A DNA stretch of 64,000 nucleotides from the human T2T-CHM13v2.0 reference genome, Homo sapiens. Location: the NCBI RefSeq assembly GCF_009914755.1, contig NC_060932.1. The stretch is one strand, 5' to 3'. Position numbers and translations under genes: made by a program. Below are positions 39,217-53,565 of the stretch, one piece after another. The stretch's first letter is position 1. Each line of letters opens with the position of its first letter. The notes beneath the pieces were generated by a model, which was not told the origin of the DNA, ran no database searches, and worked only from the letters and a program-made list of their open reading frames with translations.

Positions 39217-42200
39217 CATGCATATGATTTTTAATAAATGAAAGAATATGTTTCTTTTTTTTCAAACAAATTGCACGTGGTGCAGCACTCAGTTCTTGGG
39301 ACTTAATGACACATTCCATAATACCAACATCATGAATGCCAAGTTTCTTTATCTATTTACTTTACATATTTCTTCCATAAGCTTAGACTTTGAACAGACT
39401 GAGCATCGTCTAATCCAAATTTTGTTATTTCGTGGATACAATTGAGATGCAGAAAACGGAAGTGGTGCACGAGGACCCAACAGATAGTTAGTAGCAAAGA
39501 CAGCATTTGGGTCTCCATTATCCATGAACAGCACATCCTTCTGTGGTCTAATCATTTGTTTTAATGACATCTGTCAGTTCAGCTGGGTCAGAGTCGAAAC
39601 AGTCATTTTCCTGATTTCTCAGTTTGTTGACTCTTTTAAGCTGTAATTTTCTTGAGAGTAAAGGCCTTGCGTGTTTAATTTGCTCTTTATGGTACCTGGG
39701 AGAACTTTATGAAAATATTAGAGTGTACGATGGACACCACACACCAGCAGCAACACAGCATAATTTTTAAAACCCAGCTTTGGGTACCATAATCTTGACA
39801 CTGCCAAGTGTTTTGGTTATCCACCTGATTCTGTTTAACAGTTCCAGGAGGGAACCACTAAATTTGAACCATTTTAATAGCAGTGAGACTTCTTGAGAAA
39901 AACAGTGCCCACACAGTAGATGCAATTTAATACGTGTTTAATTTAAGCATAATTTTGTGGAGAACGATTACAAATAACATATAGCACTAAGGGCATTAGC
40001 TCCATGTTGATTTTATCAAGACCATGTGTTTTGTTGTCTTTTGGGGCATTGTTTCCTGATCCATCATGCTATTTCAAATTTGTTGAGTTTGGAAAGTTTC
40101 TTCCTTGTATCAAAACTTGTCTACCAATTGCAAATAATTTTTAGATACTTTGTCTATATTTGCTTAACAGGTTCAAACTAAGTATTGGGTGATTATTAAC
40201 TATATTTCCATAGTAATAGTTACTGCTATTTCTTTTCTGCTACTTCACAGATCAATACCAGGAGGAAGGAGAAGACCTGTGATCTGTTTCTTTCCCTTTA
40301 TGAGGAGATGGTGTACATGCCCAAGAAGGAGAGAAGATAGGAGGCCAGGCACAGTATCCTTGTGAACATGTCAGTAACCAGCATAACTAATGATAATTTA
40401 TAGAAGGGAAGTTCTTATCTGTGGAATGTTTTAGTAAGATGTCTCTGGTTTAAAATGCCTACAGCAAACAAACTCAGAATCTGTGGATTTATGAGACACA
40501 ACTTCCTAGAAGATGCCTCAGATGTAACTTTCTGGAAATAACTCAGAGATGTTTCCTAACCTAAAATGCCCCCTGCTATGACAGAAAACTGTACTTCACC
40601 TGGAGAGCAGGTGAAGTATCTATTGTCTGGGCCAGAGGTACAACTGAGACAAAAAATAAGCACCTGGAGAGCTGTACTTGAAACATCAAACATCTCTTTG
40701 CTGTGTATGTGCATCTTAGTCATTTATATTCTCAAGCTTAAATTAGTAAGCTTAATACTAGGTAAGATCCTTGATTCGTGTGAATGTCTTGATAACCTGA
40801 TCCTTTGTGTTAGCTCAGCTATGGTGCGAGAGAATGAGGACATTTGCTCTCTTCCAATGTTCTTTTTTGGTGAAATCCACTGAAGTAGTAATACTAGTCT
40901 GTTCCCTGGGAGTCATTACTTTCTATGTCTTGTAGTGAAGAAGATGGGTCTATGTGTGTACTTTCTTTTGTTTAGTGGCAGAAGAGGCCAACATATAGAT
41001 TGGACATTACCTGAAAATTTCTCTTCAGCTGTGAAGAAAGCATCAGCTCTTTTGATTCCTACTTTTGAAATCTCCAGAAATTATCTTACCCTTCCACCCA
41101 GATTTTCACTGTTTTATAATTTTTATTACCACTGTGTTTGTGAGCTATGAGTAGATGACAAATAGTGGGAGCAGTGTTGAGTTTTCTTTGGCATAGTTAG
41201 CATAGTCTGTTATTTATATTGTTCTTGAAAGAACAATGCTTTCTCTAATTATGAACTAAGCATTAGATTTAAAATCAGAGAAACGTCCCATTCTACTTCT
41301 CTAATTATCTTTCTGAATTTAAATGTGTAATTTATTTTCTGGTCTTCACTCTTTGAAAATGGAGTTAAATATTTTCCTTTTGTGGTAAAAAATTTCAGCC
41401 TATTTGTGTTTGTGCCGTGTGGACATGCATTTGTGTATGTGAGAGAGACAGACTGTAAAATCTTGTTGATCTTGGTTCCTTAATATCAGGTGGTAGATGT
41501 AATAACCAAATACTTTGTAATTGGTTTTTAAATAATAGCACAGCATTCTTTATGAATATTTGATCTCAAATATTCAATAGGATCTCAATAAGGTAAGAGT
41601 AATTCCATTAGACTGATTGGCAGACAGATTTCTGGAATACAGTCTGCAAATCCATATTAACTTTATTGATCTTTCTGGCTGTATTTTAATCACATTATAG
41701 CTTTAGAGCAAGTCGCCCTTTATTTTGATATCTTTTTGTTTAATGGAAAGGTAACTTTTTAAAGCTGGAAAAGGCTTGTGGCTGATATATAAAATTCTGG
41801 CCAAGATCAGAAAAAATCAATTCATTGGCTTCTATAAAGATACAAAATCAAACCAAAGTAAGTTACAAAAATATATTCACCATTTTTACTTGTCGTTATC
41901 TTATATCTCTTTTTTTCCTAATTTGTAGCTGAAAGAAGATCTTTAGAATATTTAAATGTGCAAAAATTAAGGATTATAATTTTAAAAGCATCTAACTTTA
42001 AGAAAACAAAATTTACCCTAGAGTTATTTCGTACTATATTAGCTGTTTAAAGTTTATATTTGAATTTACTTCAACAGTCATTTATTGAGTACTGCTAGGT
42101 ACTGACCTTGGTATTAGAGAAATACGAGTAAGCAGAGCAGATAATCCCCCTTCTCATGAAGCTTGCATTCTAGTGGGCAAGAAAGAAAATGAATAAACTC

Positions 42201-42270
42201 AATATGCAATTTACAAAATATATTTAAAACTGATAAATGATAAAGGGAAAAAAGAAAGCAAGAAAGAAGT

Positions 42271-42633
42271 AGTCTTGGTCAACTTGGCTGCTGTAATAAA
42301 ATACCAAAGACTGGGCCACTTATAAACAACAGAAATTTATTTCTCACTGTTTGGGAGGCTGGGAAGTCCAAGATCAAGGTGTCAATGGATTGGGTCTAAT
42401 GAGGGCCTGCCTCCTAGTTCCAAAATGGTGCTTTTTTTTTTGTCCTCACGTGACAGAAGAGGTCAGGGCTGTTCTCTGGGGCCTCCTTTATAAGGGCACA
42501 AATCTCATTCATGAGAGAGCTCTGCGGTCATCACCTAATTACCTCCTAAAGACTCCACTTCCTAAAAATATTATGTTGATGATTAGGTTTCAACATATGA
42601 ACTTTGGGTGGACACCAACATTCAGGCCATAGC
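42271..42633 (-). mobile_element. MLT1A-like solo LTR
   Basis: ataaacaacagaaatttatttctcac...ggaggctgggaagtccaagatcaagg...aacattcaggccatagc. Confidence 0.82.
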
Positions 42634-43138
42634 TGGAGGCTAGTGAGTTCTGGGAGATGGGGGCTATTGGACTTTAAATAGATTAATCAGGACAGACTTA
42701 AGAATGTGATATTTGAGCAAAGGAGGTTCAGGGAGTTTTGCGCCTCTTTGAAGAAGAGCAGAAGGAACAGCTAGTGAAAAGCCCCTGGAAACAGGAGGAT
42801 ATCTTGAGTCTTTGAGACTCAGTCAGGAGGCAATTGTAGAAGAGAGCAGAAAAAGGAGGAGAGCAGTAGGAGATGTTCGTGTGTGTGTGTGTACACAGGT
42901 TCATACAAATCATGCCTCATGGACCATTGTAAAGATATGGCTTACTCTGAGTGAACTGGGAAGCCACTGGAGGGGTTTAAGCAGAGGTATAATATAATCT
43001 GACTTCAGTAAATTTGAAGTATTTACTATTGGAGTAGGACAGGAAAGTCATAAGTAGATACTTGGGACACAGATTAGCAAGACTAGGTAAGACTAAAAGG
43101 ATAATTTCGGTTGCAGTATTAAGAATTGGTAGAAGCAG

Positions 43139-43431
43139 GGCCCTGCGCGGTGGCTCACACCTGTAATCCCAGCACTTTGGGAGGCCGGGGTGGGCAGATC
43201 ACTTGAGGTCAGGAGCTTGAGACCAGCCTGGCCAACATGGTGAAACCCCGCCTCTACTAAAAATACAAAATTTAGCCGGGCGTGGTGGCAGACACCCGTA
43301 ATCCCAGTTTCTCAGGAGGCTGAGACAGGAGAATTGCTTGAACCTGGGGCAGAGGTTGCAGTGAGCCGAGATCGTGCCACTGCACTCCAGCCTGGGTGAC
43401 AGAGTGAGACTCTGTCTCAAAAAAAAAGAAA
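43139..43431 (+). mobile_element. Alu (AluSx/Sz-like)
   Basis: TSD aaga(a/g)ttggtagaa(g/t)cag. Confidence 0.95.
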
Positions 43432-46400
43432 AAGAGTTGGTAGAATCAGAGACACCCTTCTGGCAGATGTTAAAATAGTCCAGGCAGAGTTGATGGTGGA
43501 TTGGATGAGGGTGAGAGTGATGTACATGGCGAGGTGTGGTTGAATTCTGTATTTATTGCAAAGGCGAGTCAATAGATTTTGCTGACAGCCTGGATCTAGG
43601 GTATTAGAGAAAGAGAAGTTAGAGACAATTCGAAGGTCTTTACCTCATGTCTGGAAGGATGGAATTGCCAATAACTTAGATGGGGATGAGTCAAGACAAA
43701 GAAGGTTTAAAGCTCAGTTGTGTGTATGTTAAATTTGAGTTGCCTACTGGACATTCAAACGGAGATGTCAAGTTGGCAGTTGAAATCTTGACTCTGAAGT
43801 TGAGAGTAGAGTTCTGGGTTGGAGATATTATATAAATTTAGAATCCCTAATGAATAGATGGTATTTAAAGCCATCAGCTTGGAAAGGATCACTGGGGAAA
43901 CAAGCGGAGAAGAGAAGAAGCACAGGAAAGAGTCCTGGGTAACTTCAATGTTGAGAAGTTGGGAATAAGAGGAAAGACTAGCAAAGGGTACTGAGAAGAG
44001 GTACCCAATGGGTAGAGGGACAAACAGGTGAGCGTGGTGTCCTGCAAAGCAAATGGAGACGGTGGTTCAGGGAGGAGAATAATCAACTGCCCCAAACTGT
44101 TGACTGTTTTGGGATATGATCTATTGAGATTCTACTTTGAGCATTTAAAAATTCTCTAGTATTTGCCATTTTGTGTACTGAAAAGGGAGAAATTACTATA
44201 ACAACTATAGCATTAACACTATTTAAAATCAAGTGTTTTTCCTTTAAGAAGGGAATAGGATATTCTTTTTTCTTATTTTTCTTTGGGAGAAATATTAGCT
44301 TGAACTTGTATTAGTCTATATCTTTTACATGATGAGATATACATATATATGGCTATATATATATACACACTCTATATGTATGTGTATATACATATACAAT
44401 ATCTCTGTAAGAAATACTGATTTTACTTGGATAAAATTCAATATTTAAACTTTAATGATCAGTTAGGAGTGATTTCTTTAAAATTTGACAAAAATAGAAA
44501 TGATTTCTTTCCACTTATGTGTTAATATAGAAAATGCTTACCATTTCTACATATCCAATCATGCACCTCTGGTTCCCTGAGGTTATTTTTTGTAACTTGT
44601 CGTGCATTTGGAAAAAGAATTATTCATTTGCAAGTGTGTGAAATCCATAAGGCAAATGGGACATTGTACTAGATGATCTCTACAGCCTCACCCAGTTCAA
44701 AGGTTCTAAGAATAATGCTTATACCTCTGGCCTGCATTAAGCCAAGTTGGATGGGGCAGGGAGTTAGCAGCCCTTCAAATAAGCTGGATTAACCCCACTG
44801 CCATTTCTCTTAGGGAGAAGGCAGCTCAGCTTTTTAGAGCATATAGGTCATCGGCAAAAGTTAGATTATAAAAGTCTTCAAGTCACAATCATTTCATACA
44901 GTAATAGAATTGAATGTGATTTGGGCTTAAGAGTGAGGGAAATGAATTGTTAGTTAAGAGCCATGAAAATCACCACTATTTCACATAGTTTAAATAGACT
45001 GCTATTCTTGGTTCAATATAGGCATTCATTCAGTTCAGTTTCCTTGAGTTCAGAGGCAATAAAAAGATACACATTTTTTCTACAAATTCAATCAATTTTG
45101 GAAGGGCCTATAATTTTTAAAGCTTTTTTTTTTTTGTTTAAATTGCATAACTACTAATTTTTTACTGCCAATTTCAAAGAGAAATATGAGAACATAAATC
45201 TTCCCATACCTGTTTTAAGCCTCCACAGAGAAAGCATGAGATGACATGATGCTAGAGTGGTCTTTTTACTTTTCAATCCTTTTCTAATGTTTCAAAGAGA
45301 TTTTTAAATTGGGCAGAATCTTCCAAGAGTATTCGATCAGAAGTTTCCTCTTCAACAGGGACTCCTTTATTAGTAGTATATTATAAACTGAATCTATCTG
45401 AGAATGCTCCAAAAGTTTGTCTCATTTAAAGAAATTTTCTTCCCAGTTGAAACTAGTAATGGATTAGGTTGATCAAAACTGTCTGAGAAAATGAAAGTTG
45501 ATTCTATAAAGTAAATCTGAAATGTTCACTGTTGGAGTAGGATAGAAACTTCACAGGTAGATATTTGAGACACGAATTAGCAAAACCAGGTTACTTAGCA
45601 CCTGACCTTCCAGAAGAGATTGAATCCACAAGCTTATTTCCACCTTAATTTGGGGAAGCAAGATGTTTGCTCTGCACATGAGTGGATGGCCACAAGGTGA
45701 AGTACCTCATTAAGAAGACCAAAAATTATTGGGATGTGTGAATTAGGAAGCAAGGATTGAATTAGAAAATGTTCCTTAAACACAAGCTTCTCTGAAGTGC
45801 CATAGCTATTTGGATGTTAAGACTATACAAGTTCTCTTTTCTCAGGTTTCATAATCTCCACTCTTTCAAGTTAGGCAGGAAATTATCTTCTGTTTGGATT
45901 TTGGTGTGTCCGTGTACCTGTTCTTGTTGGAAACTGTGTTGTTACATGTTCAGCTGCTTGTGTTTGGAGCCTGAGGTTTCTTCTGGGGAGGTCATCCTGG
46001 TGAAAGGAGCCCCCGGCCTGAATGACTGCACTCCCTAGTTGGAGAGGCAGCAGGTGTTTTGGTTGGAGTGCTAGAATCTAAAAGCCCCTTTCTTGAGGGG
46101 CTGCTGTGATTCATATGAACGGCCTCCCCATTTGCTGCTTCCCACTCCCTGCTCCCTACCTTGTCCTCTGCTCTGCTCCCAGAGGTTGGCGCCAGTGCCC
46201 ACACTGTCTGGGGTGGGGTGTGGCTGTGGCTGTCCTCCTTCCAGGCTGGTTGCAGTGCAACACCTGCTAGTGACTCAGGTGGTGGGGTTCCTACCCCACC
46301 TGCCATCCAGGTGCCCAGTGCTTTCCCATGTGTAGAGTCTGTCCCCTGGTTGGTGCCCATCTGCTGTAGGCTGGGATGGGTTTGTGGGAAGGGATATTGG

Positions 46401-46438
46401 TCCTGGGGCTGGTGGAAGGGAAACCATTAGTTGGTGGG

Positions 46439-46499
46439 ACACACATGCACACACACACACACACACACACACATACATACAAGCACACAAGCACACACA
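46439..46499. repeat. (CA)n-rich microsatellite
   Basis: Directly visible. Confidence 0.93.
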
Positions 46500-46639
46500 T
46501 GGAGTCAGAGGCTCTGGGCCTGAGAGGTTCCACACTCATCCAAAGAGTATCTCCCTGCAGGAGGGAGGGAGTGTGACATTACATAGCATATAGCAAACAT
46601 CAGGACAGGACAAGAGAGACTATGTAGAAAGGAAAAAAA

Positions 46640-46745
46640 TTGTTTATTTTACTATCTTTAGTGGCCCTTTTTGTCCTGGTTTTTGAAGAAGGAGCCCCAC
46701 ATTTTCATTTTGCACTTGGCCCTGCAGACTGTGCTGCCGGCCTTG
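46640..46745. mobile_element. MER91-like hAT-Tip100 fragment
   Basis: gagccccacattttcattttgcacttggccctgcag. Confidence 0.6.
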
Positions 46746-46974
46746 GTGGCAATCATCATGCATAGGCAGTTACCAGCCTCAGCTGGTTTCTCCACACAGC
46801 TAGCCAGCCCCATGCATTTCTCTGGCCAGCTGTCCCCTCATTGTTCATAGTGGCTAAACATTTTCCACCCTTCCCCAAATTATGCTCCTTCTGCCTCTAC
46901 CTTCATCTCAGCAAACAGTGTTATCTCTTACTTTAGAGAAAAAGAAATAGAAGTCACCAGATGAAAAACTCTTC

Positions 46975-47626
46975 ATGGCTGTGGAAAAGGGGAATGCATA
47001 CACTGTTGGTGGGAGTATAAATTAATTCAGCCTCTGTGGAAAGCAGTTTGGAGATTTCTCAAAGAACTAAAAGCAGAACCATCACTCAACCCAGCAATCC
47101 TATTACTGGGTATGTACCTGGAGAAAAATAAATCATTCTACAAAAAAACAAAAACACATGCATTCATATGCTCATTGCAGTGCTAGTCACAATAGCAAAG
47201 ACATAGAGTCAACCCAGGCACCTATCAATGGTGGATTGGATAAAGAAAATGTGGTACATAGACATCATGGGGTACTATGCAGCCGTAACAAAGAATGAAG
47301 TCATGTCCTTTGCTGCAACATGAATGCAGCTGGAGGCCATTATCCTAAGCAAATTAATGCAGGAACAGAAAACTAAATACCACATGTTCTCATTTATAAG
47401 TGAGAGCTAAACATTGGATATTCATAGACATAAAGATGGAAATAATAGACATTAGGGACAACTGGGAGGGGAGAAAGGGAAGGAGACAAGGGCTGAAAAA
47501 CTCCCTATTGGGTACTATGTTCAGTACTTGGGTGATGGAATCATTAATACCCCCAACCTCAGTGTCACACAATAGACCCATATAACAAAGCTGCACATTT
47601 ACCCCCTGAATCTAAAATACAAGTTG

Positions 47627-47630
<4 letters not shown>
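46975..47630 (+). mobile_element. L1 3' end (L1PA16/L1PB-like), 5'-truncated
   Basis: ggagatttctcaaagaactaaaa...ggataaagaaaatgtggtacata...ccccctgaatctaaaatacaagttgaaaa. Confidence 0.92.
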
Positions 47631-47659
<29 letters not shown>

Positions 47660-47849
47660 CAGAAAAAAACTCCTGGTCCTAACCTGTGTCTCTTCCACCT
47701 TTTCTGTCCCTCTTATTACGCGGGAGGAGGCTTGCTTCTCTCTGTCTAATGTTTGTATCTGGCTGCACCCTACACTCCATCCCTTGCAGCCTTCCCAGGA
47801 CTGAGCCTGGCTATCCCCCTCTCTTAAGATGTAGCACCAGGTTGTGGGA

Positions 47850-48080
47850 AGAGCAGGAGCTCTGGAGAAATTGTCTGGGGCTGGATCTCAGCTTTATCTC
47901 TCATTACTTGTGTGAACTTGGGCAACTCTTTTAACTTCCCCATGCTTCAGTCTCTCTATTTGACAATTGGAATAGCGACAGTACTTATTTCACTATGTTG
48001 TTATGAAGATTAAGTTAATATTGATAAAGTAATTGGAAAAGGGCTGGCATATAATATGTGCTATATAAATGCTTGTTTAA
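47850..48080 (+). mobile_element. MIR
   Basis: tgtgtgaacttgggcaactcttttaacttcccatgcttcagtctctc. Confidence 0.7.
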
Positions 48081-48639
48081 TAAAATTAAAGAAAAAAGTC
48101 TTTTCGTTAGTCTTCAAACCTGGTTACCCAGGTTGCTCACAACCGTCTGTGTCCTTTTCCTGATAGCTTCAGCAGCTCCAGCAGCTGTCTGATACTTTCA
48201 TGGCACTCTTGGGGTATAGAGGTTTTGGTCAGGTTCTCAGTGCATTCTGACTATAGACTCACAACCAATCATGCATTGCTGGGGGCTAGAATCTCTGAAG
48301 CAATATGGCCATGAAGGTGGGCTGCATTCTCACTGCTCTCAGATCCACAGACTGCTATTCTGTTCCACTCCTAGCCAGGCAACAGCTCTTTCTATGATGG
48401 GTGAGAAGTCCTAGTCTTACTGATATTTATCTATATTCCAGAATCCTCTTCTCACGTTTAGCTCCTCTAAAAACCATCTCAGTTATTCTAAGACGTGTTG
48501 AAACTTAAAATGCCTACTGGGGTAAGCTAGTTAGTGTAAAAAGGTGAAACAGGTGAGTGTAGGAGACAACAGGGGGTGGTGGGGACTGGGTATATTTAAA
48601 GGTGCAGCCACTACACAGCTCCAGCTGATTGATGCCATG

Positions 48640-48830
48640 AAACTTGTGAACCTAAAGTTTGCAGAAGTTCCAGATTTTTCAAGAGAAGCTGGAAATTTAG
48701 TCTTACGTGAAATTGTTAAACTTTTTTGTGTTGGCAACTAATTCTACATGAATAAAAACAGCATTTAAGCCAAACAAATCATGTCTGTAGGGTGCATACA
48801 CTTCAGGCACGTCTGGTATGTGATCTTGGC
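48640..48830. mobile_element. MER112-like hAT fragment (similar sequence at about 63100-63210)
   Basis: gatttttcaagagaagctggaaatttag...tgttggcaactaatt. Confidence 0.45.
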
Positions 48831-49535
48831 CCTAAGGGCTTAGAGTTTTGAATGAGAAAAGCCATAAAGCTTATAAGGTACTTCTGTTGACATGGAAGAG
48901 AATCAGAGGGAAATATCAGGTATCAAAAAGTCCCCAAGTATTAATATTTGAAAATATTATCCTGCCACACCTTTCCTGACTCTCTTTATCTCTGCCATTC
49001 CAAACAGAAGTGATTAACCTCCTTATCCAAGTCTACATAGTTCTCTGGACAGGGACCTATCGGATTGCCCAACAGCACCACTCTATCCCAGGAGTAGCTT
49101 TATGTTTTCATACTGTTTGCTTACATATCTCTCTCACCCTGCTAAATCCCTTGAGGTGGGAGCTAATTATTAATTTTTGTTTTTCTAGTGCATAGTCCAC
49201 AGATTGGCATGCAATATATGCTCTAAGAAGAGACTGGAAGGGAAAAGAACACTCTATGCAGGAAAAAAAGCACATGCAAGGGCAGAGAGTCGTAAACCAC
49301 CAATGGGTTTAAAAAAATCTTATAATGCTTCAGTTTTTTACGAGAATGAATAATAGGGAATGAACAGAAGAAATGAAGGCAAAACCATGCAAATGCTTAC
49401 ATATTATTTTAGCAGCTTACATTAATCTTTGGGTAAAAGAGAATCCATAAAATTATTTTTAAAAATAGTAATAAAATAATTATATTTTATATTAGAAGAT
49501 GGATTGAAGGGGTATATTTAGTGGTCTTTTGCTTC

Positions 49536-50011
49536 TGTGGCAGCCCAACATTGTTGAGTACTTTCTACATTTTATGAATATTCTACATTGTGAATTTTAC
49601 CTTTCCAAACTATAATTCAGGAAACTCATATTCCTAGGCTCCCTTGAAGCTAGTGTACAGGTGTGTGATCTCAGTTACACCATTCAGAGGCACCTGTGCA
49701 AGACTTGGATTTGGAACTGAGCCACGATAGGAGTTGGCTAACTGGGAAAACAGCTCTTGTGGCAAGTACAGTGACAGACATATCTGGTTCTTTGGAAGCA
49801 GCTGTGGCAGAGTCTCTGGCATTGTCTTCATCCTCCCAGATGCCGGGAGGTGGTGGCGCTGGAGCTTTTACTGAGCAGCCCCTAGGGTATGGTTGGACAT
49901 TGTTCCTGGACGCATAGCTCCAGAGCTCGATGCCTGGCCCTTCTGCAGATTCTGCAGCTAACCAGAACATGAAGATTCTCTTACTTGCAACTAAGAACAC
50001 TTACCAATACA
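49536..50011 (+). mobile_element. LTR33-like ERVL solo LTR
   Basis: ctcccttgaagctag...cacctgtgcaagacttggatttggaa...ttgcaactaagaacacttaccaataca. Confidence 0.7.
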
Positions 50012-50759
50012 AGATGACATCAATAAACATATTGCCATCTTTCCAATGAGGGCTGATTAGGGCTTGCATCAGGGAGGAATTATAGAGATGCATTCGGAGC
50101 ACAAATTTGAAAAATGTTAGGAACATTTTACCAGATAGGTGTCACTGATCAGACAAAAAGGAATTTGAAAAAATGAGAACAAATCAGGACAAATGTTGAG
50201 GAGGAAAGAACCAAAGTTGAAGGGTTTAATGCTGTATGGCCCCAGTTTCCACAAAACTGAGTGAGTCGCAGTGAAGTGCTGTGAGCTGCTGGCATAGGAA
50301 TGGGCTTGGGGCTAGAGGATCATCAGAAACATTGAGACAGCAACAATGCTTCATGACCTGGGAGTGGGAAATGAGGAAGTAAACAACTGGCTGGTCCTGG
50401 CTTTTAAGGGAGGCAAATAAATTTAAAAGGAGGTTGGTAGACTAGGTAGAATAAGAAAATGTCAAGTGGCCAGAGTAGCTTTCTCCTATTGTTCTAGTTC
50501 ATGTCTGTATCCTCAGATGCTCAATAACTATTTGATGTAAGAAAGAATGAATCAGATGTTACTGGAGGTAAACAGATAGAAAGCCAGAGAGGAGAAATAC
50601 AGAATTTAAGATCTTGCATCTAATGCTAGACCTTTGCTTTCTCTCATTTGCATACTAAATGTAGGGCTGCAGATGGCTTCATGTTATTACAGCTGCTGAA
50701 TCAACTTACATTGGCTGCAGAATTCTGTTGCCCTTGCCACAGAAAATGACCTTGATGGA

Positions 50760-51400
50760 TAGAAGAATTCTCTGGGCTCGTTTCAGAAGACAATAGCAAA
50801 AGAAGAATTAATTCAAATGATGGGTTAATATGTACCTTAGGCTCCATCAAATAATCTTGAGGGCAACTAGAAATCTTTTTAGAAGTCTGAGGTTAGAATT
50901 AAAAGCTCCTTAGATGCCTTGCTCACAATTCCATGTTGTTATTTTATTATTGAGATATCACCAGCTTCTTTTCTAGTTTTGATTAGGTTGCCTAACATTT
51001 TGTGGTTTTCCTTCTTTTCTCTTCTGCTTTCCACACTTCCATTTTTAATAAACAAAGATGAAAGCGAGAGTGTCTTTCCACCTATTTAAATAATTTTACC
51101 TTTGCATCGGCATGTTTCTCACTTTTCATAATTTGTGAAAATGTAACTATTATAACAGAAGTGCACAGCAGCATGTCTGGAAGTCTGTCTGAGATCATAC
51201 AGCCCCTTGTCACATTTAGAAGATCCCAAAACGCCAATGAAAAGTATGCTGAATGATTCAAATAGGAGTTTGTGAAGAAAGGTTAAATGAATTGGGATTA
51301 TTCATTCTGTATCATAAGGGAATTTGCTAAAAATAATATTAATTTGTCTCAGACAAAGTGATCTGTTTAAAAGAGAAACTGTGACATATTTAAAAAATTT
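50760..51400 (+). mobile_element. CR1/L3 fragments
   Basis: tgtgaagaaaggttaaatgaattgggattattc resembles the CR1 3' region. Confidence 0.4.
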
Positions 51401-51481
51401 CCTTCTCTGTGAATCTCAAAGAGACATACCTATGTTAGCTGAGCTAAGGCAAATCCCCTTGGAAGTGTCTGATTTTAGGGC

Positions 51482-52230
51482 TGTATCAGGGTCTAACCAG
51501 GAAATGGGCACCACACAGATATTTGCACAGGGAAAGTTTAATGTGAAGAATTATTAATTATAACAGGGAATTGGAGTTACATGGGATTAACTAGGAGGAA
51601 GTAAAGAGAATGGCAAAGAATACAGGAATGGCAGATACATGAAGCAACCCTATTCCTAGGGCTGGGGCAGGGTACCCAAGAAGGAAGCTCTCTCCTAGTT
51701 CCTCAGGTACAGATCAAGTCCTTGTTGTAGAAGGCATGGCTGTGGTCCATAGAATGGCAGGGAAGTTGCTGTGATCATGCTCTGGTGGAAGTTGCTGGAA
51801 GTATACCCTCTAGGGTACCAGGGAAGGCTGTTGATGGGGAGGTGTGTGAGTGGAGCCACCCTGCTACAAAGCCTCCTGGTGAGGGGGTGCAAAGAGAAGC
51901 TGCTGGCTTTCAGGTGCTGCTGACTGCTATGCACTGCAGGAGCTAGCCATGGAGAAGCTGTGAGTACTGTATGAGCTGGGCCCTGAAGATGCCGTAGGCA
52001 CTGCCAGAGCTGGGTGCTGGAAGAGCCAGCTGTACTTCAGCAGCCTTATGGGAAAGCACACCTGAACCAGGAAGAAAACTGCTCCTTCCTGTGATGTCTC
52101 TCCAGTGCCCTCTACTGACAAAGTTTAATATTGTGCCAACTGGCAAAGAAAAAGCATCTAGATCCATTTTTGCACAGCAGGCAAAGAAGGGTGATTTTGG
52201 AGATGAGGGAATAGATTGATAACTGGCACA
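51482..52230 (-). mobile_element. ERVL solo LTR (LTR41/LTR52-like)
   Basis: tgtatcagggtctaaccagg ... ccctctactgacaaagtttaatattgtgcca...ataactggcaca. Confidence 0.7.
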
Positions 52231-52840
52231 AGGGTTATTTTTGAGATGGCAACAGGTAAGGTGTAAGGTGGGCTAAGAGAGAATGTTGGCTTTGGTTTTA
52301 TGCTTTGTGGCCTCTCAGGATGCGGTGAGGAGGTTGATGTGATAATATAGATCCTGCATAATTCCAAACAATCTATCTCGGTCCTGCCAGTTGTTCTCTA
52401 CAGAGCTTGCATTTCTTTTGAAAGAACCTATTAGCCCACTGGACTAGGTATTCTTTTACAGGTATTCCTTTTTTAGTTTTGAGGGGTATTGAGGATGTTT
52501 GTTTATTATTGTTATTGTTGCCAATCTGAAAAAAAATCCCTTTTATTTCAGGTTAATGTAGATTTTATGATTAAACCACTTCTGAATCTTTTCTTGTTAC
52601 TGAATGTATAATTAAAGCAGCCTTGGACCTTCACTCTGTATAGTTGGGTTTTTGGTTGCTTGTGGGGACAAGTCCAACGTCTGGAACATGGGTATTTACT
52701 TTAAAAATATTGTTTACATAGTAGCTATAGCTGGGGAATGAAACATTTCTTTCTTTTCAAACTTATTTGTGCCTCCAAAAATTGTTTCATTGTTTTCATA
52801 AATGAAAGAATAATGGGCATGGTACAGACTTTTTGGCACA

Positions 52841-53144
52841 TAGTAGTCTCTCCTTATCCACTGTTTCTCTTTTTACAGTTTCACTTACCTGTGGTCAGCT
52901 ACAGTCTGAAAATATTATAGTACTTTGAGAGAAAGAGACCAGATTCACATAATTTTGATTATAGTATATTGTTATAATTTGTTCTATTTTCTTATTGGTT
53001 CTTGTTAATCTCTTACTGTGTTTAATTTGTATATTAACTTAACCATTGGTATATATGTATAGAAAAAACATAGTACACATAGGATTTGGTGTTATCCACT
53101 GCTTCAGGCATCTGCTGAGGTCCATGGGGAAGGAGGGACCACTG
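52841..53144 (+). mobile_element. MER44A (Tigger7-derived MITE)
   Basis: tagtagtctctccttatcc...gtctgaaaatatt...caggcatctgctg...gggaccactg. Confidence 0.8.
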
Positions 53145-53565
53145 CGTGTTCCAGAAATTGGGAATGAGATGATTGTGTAAAGAATCCTGTTGCGTATCAG
53201 ATGGCTTTTAATTGTTTGGTTTCAACAGAATTGCAGGAGACCCTCAGTGGCTTTTTAGTTGATGAATCATTGAACAAAAGAAAACTTCAAATGATATATC
53301 ACTTTATGATACTTTCGAGAATAATTTAGAAGGTGTTTACAGACCAGTTGTGTTGCTATAACAAAACTCCTTCCATTCCCGTCTACTTATGTATGTGAAC
53401 AAAGTTCCTCAGCACTTACATATTTGAAAGTGAAAAACAGAAATACAATCTTTAAAAATGTGTCTCATCCTGGCAATGAGTAATATTCACCCGCAGACAC
53501 ATGGGCTAATTAAAAAAAATGCCTCGTCTATCTCATTAAAAGCTATTTTTCTAATAACAGATTAC

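Larger units (their letters stand above)
42065..44105 (-). mobile_element. L2, interrupted by an MLT1 LTR and an Alu
   Basis: tttattgagtac...aagcttgcattctagtggg; tgttaaatttgagttgcctactggacattcaaacggagatgtc. Confidence 0.75.
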
